This document shows, in pieces, positions 30,089 to 42,400 of a stretch of 64,000 nucleotides of DNA. The notes beneath the pieces were generated by a model. The model was given only the letters and a program-made list of their open reading frames with translations. It was not told the DNA's origin and searched no databases. Origin of the DNA: Adineta vaga. Taxonomy: Eukaryota; Animalia; Rotifera. Position 1 is the stretch's first letter. Every line of letters begins with the position of its first letter. The stretch covers positions 2,914,001 to 2,978,000 of the forward strand of contig CP075493.1 of NCBI GenBank assembly GCA_021613535.1, in the 5' to 3' direction. A program made the position numbers and the translations under genes.

Positions 30089-30359
30089 TTGAAAGTTTTA
30101 ATAAAATGGTATGTTGGAAATTCTGAAGGATTTTGATAAAAATTAAATATAGGGTGCCGTCATGAATGGTATGCACATAGAATAGAAGAGAAACACATAC
30201 TCCGATATCTTGTTTGTCAATAGTTTTTTTTTCGAAGAAAATTAAAAGAACTGCGCAAATACGAATATCAGTTTAGAAAAACACCCTATTTTTCAGTAGT
30301 ACAAATACGCTCGACATTTGCTGTGTATCTATAACACATTTTATTGATCAAATTGTAAC

Positions 30360-30590
30360 ATGGCATCATTCCAACCAGTCGTTATATCATCACGAGATAT
30401 CGAGTATATTGTCGAACGACTTGAAAAATAAGAACATATGGCTCGTGAAGAAGCTCTGAATTGCGTCATCGAATTGGCTCATTACTATATGGAACACTGA
30501 AACAAGCTAAAAATGGTAGTCCATCGGCTACCATTGATAAAACATGGTACAGCTCGATGCTTGAACATTATCGATTTATTTTACTCTTGA
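30360..30590 (+). pseudogene. Pseudogene fragment resembling DUF1399/glycine-rich-domain (GRDP)-type proteins
   Basis: MASFQPVVISSRDIEYIVERLEK*EHMAREEALNCVIEL, then a frameshift to ...GSPSATIDKTW. This resembles the RL.KE...A...E / PS..ID..WH pattern but has stops and a frameshift. Confidence 0.35.
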
Positions 30591-30779
30591 AATAATTTTG
30601 ATTTTCAGAAAAAAAAAATTTTTTATAAGATTGCACAATCATAAGTAAATATTCATAGGAGTAATAATATGCATGATATACCAATTTATACTTTTCTACA
30701 TCGATCTATGACTCGTGTATGCTCCATTAGTTTTCATTTTTGACGCATGTGCATGTTTTTTTCTCTCTAAAACGACACG

Positions 30780-31784
30780 ATGTCGGTTCGTATTGTTACA
30801 TACAATTTACTAGTGCCCATTTTTGCTGAAGCAATAGGAAACTATGTAGAATCTCGACCAAAATATCTCAAAACTGAATATCGATGGAAATTAATTCGAT
30901 CTCTATTGGAACAAGAGATTCATTATCATCAAAACACGATTATCTGTTTACAAGAAGTGAGCAATACCCTATTATCAACATTACAAACATTTTTCCATCA
31001 AATGAATTATAAGTTCTTTGAAAATCTATATGGTAATGAACGCAATGATTATATGGGAGTCGCTTTAGCTGTACCTGCTAATATACCTATAATATATAAA
31101 AATGAAGTCAGAATTGGAGAACATCTGCGTTTAACTATTCGATCGTTTGATAGAAGTTCCAATTCATCTGCATGGTGGGAAATTTTCAAAAATTCAATTA
31201 TGAAAAATATCAAAGATCAATCTGTTAATATATGGGAACGAGCCATGTCATTAAAAAATGTTTTGATTTGTGTGGGAATAATGATCCATAGAAGACCTTT
31301 GTTTGTGGGTACATATCATATGCCTAATCTATTCAGAGAACAAAGTATAATGATAATTCATGCCTCTGCAGCAAAAGATCTTATGTTTCAAATAGCCAGT
31401 GGTCGTCCTTTTGTTCTCGCTGGTGATTTCAATATGAAACCAACTGACAGCGTGTACCGAGCGATCACTCATCGAGACAATGTCGAAGATCGTGTCCTAC
31501 CAAGAGTTGGTAATCATGAAGTTATCTATCGATTCAATAAACAACAAGTATTACGAAGTGCCTATCGAGAGAGAAATAAAAAGGAACCAAACTATACAAA
31601 TTTTGCCACGACAGGAGAAGCATCTAACAATTTTTGTGGCACACTTGATTATATCTTTTCTGCTGGAAATCTAACTGTTCACGATGTACTACAATTACCA
31701 AGTCATCCAACTGGAAAATCATATCCTGATAGGACGCATCCGTCAGATCATTTGATGTTGGCTGCAACATTGCAGCTCGTATAA
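30780..31784 (+). CDS. Intronless endonuclease/exonuclease/phosphatase (EEP; CCR4/nocturnin/Angel-like) family protein, 334 aa
   Basis: Motifs VTYNLL, ICLQEV, TYHMP, LAGDFN, YTNF, TLDYIF, HPSDH; single uninterrupted ORF. Confidence 0.9.
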   Translation: MSVRIVTYNLLVPIFAEAIGNYVESRPKYLKTEYRWKLIRSLLEQEIHYHQNTIICLQEVSNTLLSTLQTFFHQMNYKFFENLYGNERNDYMGVALAVPANIPIIYKNEVRIGEHLRLTIRSFDRSSNSSAWWEIFKNSIMKNIKDQSVNIWERAMSLKNVLICVGIMIHRRPLFVGTYHMPNLFREQSIMIIHASAAKDLMFQIASGRPFVLAGDFNMKPTDSVYRAITHRDNVEDRVLPRVGNHEVIYRFNKQQVLRSAYRERNKKEPNYTNFATTGEASNNFCGTLDYIFSAGNLTVHDVLQLPSHPTGKSYPDRTHPSDHLMLAATLQLV

Positions 31785-32098
31785 TTATTTGCTGTAGTAC
31801 ACTTCACATATATATCATCAATATGAAAATCAAATCTTTTGCTAACAAGTGATCAGCAACATAATATCGAAGTCATCTATCTATTTATTTATTTATCTCA
31901 CTCTCTTTCTATATATATAAGAAGGAGGTTTGTTTGTCTGTCTCTTTCATTACGCATTCAGTCCCTGTAATAGCTAACACCACCAAACTGTCTATGATAC
32001 ACACGTATGTACAAAAAAACGTCGAGTCGAAGCTGGAAGACGGAAGGTGGTTGAAACTGAATCCAGTTTTGATTGACTCATTCGATCGATATGTATAA

Positions 32099-32819
32099 CA
32101 GGGTGGCCAGATGAAAAGGTTGAAAATCAGAAAAAGTTCAGAAAAGCAATTTTTGTTAGTGTTGTTATTCAGTGATCTATTGAAATATTTTTCATTCATT
32201 TATAACTTATTTGTACAATTTCGTATCAACAGAAAAGGTGACATTACAATGAATTTCTTGCCTAGCTAATATAAAATATAAAGAGAGGACTCTGGAAGTT
32301 CAACGTTTTCACAAAACTCAAAGGTTCTTCGTGAAGAAAAGGAACTAAGCCAAACTACATGCATAATATCCTGGTAAAGAGACTCTACCGAAGCAAAAAA
32401 GTTTAAAAAAATATTAGATCGATATGCTTATTTATATTTTGTTATTGTTCGAATTTGCTCTGCCAAGTCTATTTGAGATAGAAAACGTTTGTCAAATTAT
32501 GCAAAGAGATAATTAGCATTAAATGTCGTTGGAAACTCAGAACCACCTATAGTTTCATATATATTCGATAACGATATTCTGACCATAAACGTCTCGTAAT
32601 ACTGAATATTGATACCACCTAAGAATGTGAGCAGGGAATACAAAATATATAACAGATGATTTCGTCTCTTCAATGGAATTGTAACGCGAAAACAGCTAGT
32701 AACTGGGAGAAAACGGAGAAAAATGCTTCAACTGGAATCATCGAAAAGAAGTGTGAAAATCAGAAACAGGTTTAAAATTCAGAAAGTTTTCTTACTTATC
32801 GGAAGATTTGGCCTCCTTG
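32099..32819. mobile_element. Degenerate TIR DNA element
   Basis: CAGGGTGGCCAGAT ... ATTTGGCCTCCTTG imperfect inverted ends; AAAATCAGAAA/TTCAGAAA subterminal repeats at both ends; TSD not clear. Confidence 0.55.
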
Positions 32820-33880
32820 GATAGATACATTTTCCATGATTTCTTTATTTCTTCATTAATAGAATTCATTTTTTTCCGTTCCAGTTTTTGTAATGCCTAG
32901 GCAGCTTGGACATCAGTAGAAGCACCTTTTTTCAATGAATTTTCTAATCGTTGATTTTCTCCTTCGAGTAGCATTTAAGCTGTTTTTTGTTCTGATTGAA
33001 GCTTTTTAATATTTCAACATGAGTTCTGTCTCCTGTTCCAATGATTTAATTCTTTTCAGCATTGAGCTTTTGTTTTTTTTCACGCTATTCAATTTAGCGA
33101 TTTTGAAATTAAAATGAAAAAGGAGGAAAAACAAGAGCATCAACCAGCCAGTGAAAGCGACGACGAGTTTTGCAGCATGAGGAGTATGGAAAGGATTTTG
33201 TAGCGGAATCTATCGAAGAACGAGTGGACATGGAATGCCACATAGTACAAGTGGTTCTATCTAAGATATAGATTGTAGGATAGGATGGGGAAATAGATGA
33301 AAATTTTCAAAGACAACTTTCTCTGTATCTGTTATTTTCTGAAATGAAATTTTCAGTCTGAAAGGTTCTAGACCAACATCGGGTACGTCCGATAGTTAGC
33401 ATCTATTTTGATGATTTTGCACATTCCTTCAAAGACTGAATTTTTCTCCATAAACGACACCTCTTGAATACCTCGTATTTTTCGATCAGAAAGGGATTCA
33501 TTCTGACGCTAAAACGTTGTTATTCGTGACTAACATCTAAAAATCTCCAATAGTGTAAAGAAAAAGGAAAAAATTACTTGAAATTCTAGAATCAGTAAAA
33601 AACACAATATAAAACTCGGACTTTTTCATACAATGAATGACAACGAGAATTCTGGTTTATGGTGTTTTATTTTCATGTATACTAATTATTACAAAAAAAC
33701 AAATCGAAAAAAATCATTTAAACTTTTCATTATTTTATTATTAAGAAAAAGAAATTCGAAGTTGCCGATAAAGATGAAATAAGAAATGCTTAACAAAAGA
33801 GTTTAAATATTTTTTATTTGCTTTATCCTGGTGAATTTCTACCATCGGAATCAAGAACAGCTGATGACTTAGGTGACCAT

Positions 33881-34107
33881 TGTAACGACAAACTAGCTGA
33901 GTTGCTGACCGCTTCTCACGGTATAAATGTTTATTGAGCTTAGTCACACACTTAGAATGTATAACCACTCCACAATACAATGTACGCTTATATATAGAGA
34001 GAAGGAGAACGTGGAAGAGAGAGGAGAATAACGAAAAGATACGCATGCTTTGGGAGAGATAATCATATATTGATATCAACACAAGGAATGATATCTTTAT
34101 CGTTACA
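33881..34107 (-). mobile_element. Solo LTR, 227 bp
   Basis: TGTAACGA...TCGTTACA termini; 5-bp TSD ACCAT (33876-33880, 34108-34112); TATA-like tatata and AATAAA on the minus strand. Confidence 0.85.
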
Positions 34108-34193
34108 ACCATTTGTGCATAGATTATACGAATGGTAATATGAAAATTAAGTGTGATTTTACGTACAACAACGATCAAGTCACTTTAATATTG

Positions 34194-34315
34194 CCCAGGT
34201 CGATCAAAACGGAGCCGTTTACAATGCGTTCTCGGGACATAAACTGTGATAAAACGGACCGTATTACTGCGCCCGCTATTACACTCAGTATACGGACCGC
34301 ATTGCTCGACATGGG
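34194..34315. mobile_element. Short MITE-like element with CCCAGGTCGA / TCGAC(A)TGGG ends
   Basis: Inverted termini with a GC-richer interior; related ends at 39641-39812. Confidence 0.6.
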
Positions 34316-35269
34316 TGGTAGGTATTCGTCTATGGTTTTGTACTAATAATTATTTTATTTTATTTTTAGGAAAGGGAGAAGTCGGTTGGTCATTGCATAA
34401 TAATGAAGTTGTTTAAAAATGCAATCCGACACATCGAACAAAATCAAGGTATTTATTTAAATAAAACAATTAATCTAATAAGTCTTCATTAATTTGCAGG
34501 TGGTTCGTCAGTTGAATCCTCTCTTGCTCAGTCGTGCTCATGATCATCAAATGTTCAATCTTGTCATACGCAAGTTAGTTTGACAATCAACCATATGGTC
34601 AACATCATGTTCATCCATAGATGATCACTATCATTCACGATTTGATTTTATTCATACGAGAATGTATTAATAAGAAAAGATAACTAAATAAGATCATTTT
34701 CTTTTAATCATGTTCTTTCTAAGTTATGGATAAAAGAATCGAATACACCTTCGATATATTGTTAAATGCTGGATAAAGAAAGATTATTTGCTTTGTTAGA
34801 AAAGACAAAGAAAGTTGCATTTTTTATCTAGAGAAATGAAATCTATATTATTTCTTTTTTTATCTTCATCTATTTATTGTTAATTGTTATATGGGTGCGA
34901 TAATTCATGTTGTATAGGTTCTGATCGTTCATTACTTTAGTTAGAAAGCTGTTATTGTCAATGAATGAAAGAAAAAACATTTAAACAAAGAGAATCGCAA
35001 TCTGTTCGAAAGTATTATTTTTTCTTGTATTGATCATATGAAATCGACACAAAGCTTCTTTGTCTTTTATTCTTATGTAATTAATCACGAAATTGATAAA
35101 AATCGAACAAGAATTCTGTTTAAGTGTTCGAGTATTTTCAATCTAATTATATCTACACCATTTTATAATAAATCTTGTTATTAACATTTTCGATCCGATT
35201 CAGTTTTCTTAGAAAATGTTTTCGAGATATTCATTTTCATGCATAGTTAACTTTTAATAAATGCACTTA

Positions 35270-36030
35270 TAACCTCTCGATTATCTTCTACGGATTACTC
35301 ATCGCATTCTTCTTTGTATCATCACATAATGAATCATTTCTTCCGACAAACTAAATAAGCGTCTCAAGTTACTACGTTCTTTTTCGTGTTATAGGTAGTA
35401 CTTGTGAGATATGAGAAGGAAATTTCCAGCTCTTTCTGCCTCATTTGAATCTCTCTGCCGTTTTGTGTATAAGAGCGATAATAATTTCAAAATAATTCAC
35501 ATGTCGTTTCAAGAAACCGATATAGAAGACAGCGTCAGTTCACTCACTGAAGTGAGTTCATTAGACGACCATTTTGATGCACTGTAGCTTGGGATTGAAA
35601 GTTCCGACGAAGAAGTCATTGATAATTATATGAATTCTCAAGCTTGAAATGAAATAAAATCAGAATCCGATGAAGAAATTTTAGACGATCATGAACTCAT
35701 CGAAGAGGTAACCGCTACCTCAGAAGATAATTGTTAGGAAGGGAAATCTCCTCTATTCTATTTGTTATATCATGACGTCCTCATATATCTTCGTTCGTTC
35801 CACATGACGTCATACTATATGTTCATCACATGTTTTCCATCTCATTCTTACGTCATGTTCTCTCTATGTGTCATGTGCGTTCTCTAGTCTTCTGATCTTT
35901 TCATAAACCTACATAAACCCGATGTTTCTAAATAATAAGACGCTTTTGGGTACGAGCACATATCGATATAGTATTCTTCTACCGCTGTCAATCAACTAGT
36001 CGAACATCGTTACTTCACATAATGCAATCA
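35270..36030 (+). mobile_element. Decayed piggyBac-like transposon 5' fragment, interrupted by a solo LTR
   Basis: Acidic transposase-like N-terminus with stops, MSFQETDIEDS...NEIKSESDEEILDDHELIEEVTATSEDN|AI (35501-35731, resuming at 36024). Family call is inference. Confidence 0.45.
35732..36019 (+). mobile_element. Solo LTR, 288 bp
   Basis: TG...CA termini with 4-bp TSD TAAT (35728-35731, 36020-36023); removing it rejoins the flanking reading frame (EDN-AI). Confidence 0.7.
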
Positions 36031-36239
36031 CACCCACACCTTCAATCTGCCAAAATCAATTTGCGAATCATTCATTGTTTCCAATAATGATCTTTAAGCT
36101 TTCAGCCGCGCATCTACCCATCCACATCCATCGTCCTATCATCAATCTACAATCAATTTCCGATGTGTGCAGCAATTTCGAAGAAAATGTATTTTTGACC
36201 TTTCACCCACGATCTCACCCTCAAAGAGAAGAGAGAGAG

Positions 36240-38512
36240 AATGAGAAGACAATTATTGCATTTTTTTGCGTAAATACAACAACAATTAGACGATGTCTGC
36301 ATATATCAAATTAAGTTCTTTTCTTTCGACATCCCATTTGTTTATACTATTATTTCGGTTGTAATATTGCTTTAAACTCTTCATATGACACTTTTCCATC
36401 ATGATCAAGGCAATCAGCTTCACCAATCATTTCTATCACATCATCCTAGAAATTTAAGCAATCAAATCAAAAATGAAAAAAGATTATACAATATATTTTA
36501 CTTCAGTAATATGTTCACCGAGTCTTACAAGCATATCATAAAGTTCATTTTTATCAATAAAACCATCTTTATTCTTATCAAAAACCTATATAAAGTAAAA
36601 TAAAAGAATAATAAATCAATAGAAATAATCATTTACATTGAACACTTTTTCCAGTTCCATACCACTACCACCGGTTGATTTACGTCTTTGCATCATTATA
36701 AGAAATTCATCAAAATCGACGCTACCATCACCTAAATAATAAATTTAACGAACAATCTTATCAATAAAATTTAGTGCAGAATTGAAAAGAACTTTACCAT
36801 CAATATCTACTTTTGATATCACAGATGAAATGTCTTCATGACTAGGTGAATATCCCAGTGAATTCATTAATGAATGAATTTCTGAATTCGATATACTTCC
36901 ATCTCCATCTCTGTCAAGTAAAGAGAATGATTCTTCGAACACTAAATACAAATAGTAAGAACACTGAGAATTAATAATGAATCTTCCTACCAGCAATTTG
37001 ATCTTCAGAAAATCCATGTGCTTCACTCAATTCTCGTCGACTTTTACCAGTAGTTGTCTAAAGAAGAAAAATGGAAACAATTCATTTGTTTTCTTCTTCT
37101 TCTTCTTCTTCTTCTAAACCTACAATTAAAACATAAGTTGTCGTACTAGTAACGGTATGTTTGTACGTTATCGTATTTTCACAATGCATCGACGAGGCTG
37201 TTATCAATCTATCAGAATTATTCGAATTTACATATAAACTATTTTCTCCTGTTGATATTGCTGTTCTGTACATGTGCTTGTCTTAACAAGAGAAGATTGC
37301 AGACGTAGTAGAAGAGAAAAAGTACATCAAGATGGTTATTTACATAGAAGAGACCATCATTAACTGTGATAGCCAAATATAATATCTTTGTTTTCGATTC
37401 TCTAATGTCTTCTTCGTGTATGTGTGTGATAACAACACAATGTAGCGAGAAAATATTAATCTAATTCTTAAGTTTTTCCATAACCTTTCTTTGTTATTTA
37501 TGTATTTATTGAGACAGAAACTAAATTAAGTTTGTTCGTTTAATTAAACATTCCTGTTAAGATTATTAAATGATAAAACATCAGTTAATTTATTAGTTGA
37601 GATGAAAAATTAACTAACTTAGTACACTCGAAGTTAATACGATGATACATCGAAATAAGAGAATATCTTGACCTTAATAGCTAACATATGTAGACGATAA
37701 CAAGTCATCATCAATCTTATTTGTCATTTATGTCGTTCTTTTACGAATTTTTCATCCTAATCTCTCCGATAAGAAAGTTATTTTAAATAGCGAAACAGAA
37801 GTAACTTAACTTACAATCATCCAATCATCAAGAATTTGAAGATTAGGTGTTAATTGATAAGGATCTTCAATCAATGGTCGACGTCGTGGACATTCAAGTG
37901 TACATGATTCGGAATGTTGATGTACTCGATTTTCTTTCGTAGGTGTTTCAAATGATATTTGATCATTTTCTTGTGAACATAAAGATGATGTTGATGATGA
38001 TGTTGGTGAACCTAATGTAAATGTTACTGTACGTGATGATCTTGTCGGAAGATTTTCATCATTAATTGCAAGATCCAATCCTTCTCTTGTCATATTTGAA
38101 TTAAATGTGCACATACTAAATAAGATGAGTTTGTCATAATGACAAATGCTCATTGACTGACAATTCGAATTTATTTGATAAAGAGAATTTCAAAATATGA
38201 TAATATTGTTAACAAGAAAGACGTTAATCGAGATATTGACAATAGTCCAAATGGGTTAACTGGCGTTGTTGCTTTCTTTTATTGATTTACAGCTAAAGTA
38301 TGAGTCGACATCGAGATAGGGTAATGAAATAAAGAATAGTATCTAAGAGAAAGAAATGTCGACGATTTGTTCTGTCGTCTGTATTTTTGTCAATGATCTG
38401 CAAAAGAAATTAGCTTTGTTATTGGTGCTTTTGTTTCCTTCTGATTCTCTTCGATTGCCATTAGATCTAATGGTAAACACAAAACAATTGCTTCACAATA
38501 CATGACTGTTTT
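36240..38512. repeat. Segmental duplication unit B (direct repeat of 27084-29404)
   Basis: Near-identical to unit A; differences are scattered substitutions and microsatellite lengths. Confidence 0.95.
36350..38153 (-). CDS. Calmodulin-like four-EF-hand protein, copy 2
   Basis: Same exon structure and intact splice sites as copy 1; the EF-hand region differs only by synonymous changes. Confidence 0.88.
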
Positions 38513-39640
38513 TCCTATACAATTATCCATGATCCGAGATATGACAAAAACATTCGAAAGAATCTTCTCAAATAGACTAAGAAGTTTCTTGATTATCTTA
38601 CCATTTAATCAGAATTTATCTAAACAAATGAGATATTTCGAAAGCAAAAACAAGACGAGAATTATCTATTCGATGTATTTATATTACTTATGATTAGCAA
38701 TTGCAAACCATCGAATTGTATACATTACTTTGGATAAATTTCGAAAAACATATGTGTATGTATATCAAATATAAGATAGAGAAACAGGCTTAACTCAAAA
38801 AAGTGTTATTTGAGACTCGGAATACATATCGATTCGGAACAACGTCAATCGAAAAGAACACACATATACAAACAAATGTTTTTATTCAATAAATAAGTTA
38901 ATTTGATTCTCTGTTGATAATAGTAGAGAACATCGACCCCTTTTTTTCTCAGCGATAAGAAAAGACGAGTTCACAATCGAATATAGATTGAAAGCTCAAA
39001 TTAATCACTTCATTAGCTATAGTCTGAAAAAGTATGTCATTGATATAAGATAGCTTCTTTTTTTGATCTAGATATCTCTAAATCCGATATGATAAAATAT
39101 AAACAGTTAGTTCACTTATTATTATTCCTGTAATAAGAGTCAAAGTATTAGAGTGTAAGGTCAATAATAGGTCAAAATTGAAGAGTGCGGTAGTAGGCAC
39201 GTCAAGGTTTTATCAGTATGATTAATCGTTTTCTAGTCTGTCTGAACGAACGTGAATTGTAATTAAGTAGTGATAAAAAGTCTGTCTTAATTTGTTAGAT
39301 GATATCAAAAATTTTCTCGAATGGTTTTTTTGTTTACAAACACGACTGGAGCGGTTTTAACTAGATTCAAAATGATGTCTAAATAAGATAGAAATGGAGA
39401 CTAACTTATCATCTAAACTTTCAAATCACATCCTCATATCTTCACAACAAACATTGATTATCTTCAATATTCTTTTAAGATGAAAAATATATTTCCTATC
39501 AGTTTTCAAGTAACAAAGCAAGAGAAGAAAAATTGATTTGGACGTGAGGACCTGATGGTACATCATTGTAGACTGCTGTTAAATGAAGTTGATCGTAATC
39601 TTTTATTTTATATGATGGCAAAATAAAGTTGTGACTTGAA

Positions 39641-39812
39641 CCCAGGACGATGGTTCCAGGAAGCAATATTCCGCTTATTTCCGGTGAAAACCTGCAGGAT
39701 ATCTATGTTTTCCGCGTTGGATACTATGGGAAAGTGCCTGGAATCCTGCTTCCATGAAATCTTCGGAAGGTCCTGGAACTGAACGGTTCCGGACAGGATT
39801 GCTTGATCTGGG
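39641..39812. mobile_element. Short MITE-like element with CCCAGG(A)CGA / TTGATCTGGG ends
   Basis: GC-rich 170-bp island full of CCGG/CCTGG/GGAA motifs, with inverted ends like those at 34194-34315. Confidence 0.55.
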
Positions 39813-40498
39813 CATCTGTATAAGTCATATCGAATGTCATTGAAGCCAAAATCAACTTATTTCCATTTTTTCCCATTTTAAATCTAATTTTTTTTCGTCA
39901 AACAGTCATATGCCAGTTGAAGAGAAGATGGTTCAACAAGTTCAATTTCATCTAATAAAAAAAGTGATTAAAAGAAATGACTAATTTCAACAAAACTCCA
40001 AAAACACATAATCGAGAAATTATTCTTTTCGAAAAGAATTTCTACCTTGATGCTCATGAGAAAATGAATATTAACTTTAAGTTTCACACATATATCCTCA
40101 TTCTGACCGTTCTTAATTGTCATACGCACCATTTGCAGCTTTTTCTTTGTCGACAGTTGACTGAGCAGATGTAATTGGCCTTATGATTGTTGCATGATGA
40201 ACAAGTTTTTCAAACAAACACAAATATTCGGCGTCGTTGAATGATTCGATTTTATTATGTAAGGATTGATATGGCTCCATCAATAGAAACATTGCGTTTC
40301 GTTCAGCTGCTCTGCTTTTGTTGAATAGTGTAGAAATTGTTAACTCGATTCGAGTATTAAAATAAACTATTCAATCTCCACACTTTGCTCTTTGGCATAC
40401 AACACCTACACCCTCCAGATTTAAACCTCGTTTTGTAAGAAATTTCAAGTGTTCGTTTTCGAAATTCGAATTAATGGAAAATTATTAGAATTTATTAA

Positions 40499-40633
40499 TC
40501 CTAGTACTGGACAATAGCAAGTTTTAAATTGTAGGTGTGATTTTTAGATGAAACAGACGACCATATCGGGATATATTAATATAGCCCAATAATGTCGACG
40601 AAAACTACAAAAAGAGGTTCGGTAGTACTAGGG
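40499..40633. mobile_element. piggyBac-type MITE, 135 bp
   Basis: TTAA | (T)CCTAGTACT ... AGTACTAGGG | TTAA: TIRs with a TTAA target site on both sides. Confidence 0.75.
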
Positions 40634-40939
40634 TTAATAACAGTTCTAGAGTAAAAAGTAACAATTCTTGATCGTATATTTTCATATTAAATACAAGATT
40701 TTGTCCCAACAAAATCTTCGAAAAATGCGAGTTATTTATTGTATTTCTCTACATCTTATTACAATGTTAAATATTCATTTCTAGAATAGCTTCTTTTTTC
40801 GGTACTTTTCGCCTCATATTCTTAAGAATATGTAAGAAGAAATAGGTCTAATGAATTATGGTTGAAAATTTATAACATTCATAAGACAATATTTTTATTT
40901 GCATCTGAGGTTCTCTTGATAATACTGAACACAAAGCAA

Positions 40940-42400
40940 ATGAAGAAAAACGTTTGATCCATTGCTTTCAATGTTCCGTCAATGTTGTAGATATTTTTTA
41001 AACATTTGATCAAATAAAAATCTCATCCAATCATACTTATTCGAAATATATTTTGCCAAAGAAATCCAGAAATTACTAAAAAGATTTAATAATTATATTT
41101 ATCTGATCGAACTGTATGCTTTTCTATGTCAGAATATTCCAATCAATCTTTTCGTTTAAAAGAATTTTCTCAATTTTGATCATTTTTAACATTAATGACA
41201 TAATTACAGAAAAGCAAAATGTTGTTTTTCAAGAAGTAAAAATAATAATTAAATAATCATCTAGTTTAAAATGAATATTATTACATCGTCATTTCTACCA
41301 GACAAATGTATTTAATAATGTTACAAATTTATCTATTTCTCATAACGTGATAACAAAACAGTTTTCTAGTCAGTAACAACCAATATGCTATATTAACGAA
41401 ATATTTATTCAAAAAATCTGAAAAATAAATTCAAGACTATCCGTAAAAGAAAAATATTCTTAGTTTTGTAATTTTTTTCTTCTCTCGCTCTCTTCTGTTA
41501 ATCTTCCAGTCACTATACAAATATACTTGTCTTCATATTCTTCTCCAGTGTTTGAAATTCAGATAAAGTCAAATTAAAACTTTCTTTTTAATGAATTTTG
41601 ATTACTTATGTAAAATTTTGAAGTTATTATCCATCATATATCGACGAGTTTAGTCAATTAAAATCTGATAAAACGTGTATCTTTTGAAAGCATAAGTTAA
41701 ATGTTGTTATATGCTCATTTTTCAGATCATAAAAGATATGAACGAAAGTTTTACATTGTATTTTCTTCGTTGATTATGATTCAAATTTGATTGATCCGAG
41801 TATCACAAAGAATAATATAACAAAGATATTCAATAAATAATTTCATTACTAATTGTCGATATGAAATATAAAGAAATTCGAAATCATGAGAGATGCATTA
41901 ATTCCAATTCTAGAACAATTCTAGAATTAGATTTGTTGCATTCTTACTCCTTAAAACAAATTTAACAGAAAAAAATATCAAATTAACTGTTGAATCTATG
42001 TTTTATTTCGGAATATTTTCATTTAATTTATATCGAATAAATAAATTCTCGAAGATTTATGGAAAAAAATCTTCATCTAGGAAAAAATTTCAGACGAGAA
42101 CAGAGTGATAAAAATTAATAATTTCATTTGAAAAAGATTAAAATTATCATCAATCATTAATTTCAACATAGAAAATAATATAATGTGCTTTTTTTGTCTT
42201 TTGGAATATTCATATAGACGTCATTAAAGTCAAAAATAAATTTAGATTAATAATTTGTAATCGAATAAAATATCTTTTAAGATAAAATATTTATAAAATT
42301 CTTCATTTTATTGCAGCTGATACTTATTAGATATTTCACAAAAACTTTGGTCCGACATATCCGTTATACAATTATTTAGAAAATATTGATTATCTTATCT
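40940..42400 (+). pseudogene. Heavily decayed F-box/LRR-like gene remnant
   Basis: Frame-broken fragments LIHCFQ...NVVDIF*TFDQ...NPEITKKI...LYLSD resemble the N-terminus of the bdelloid-type F-box family; no ORF remains. Confidence 0.35.

Noticed and set aside
34370-34580. Possible chaperonin (CCT)-like exon remnants (EVGWSLHN..., GGSSVESSLA)
   Set aside because: Too short and frame-broken to call without a search.
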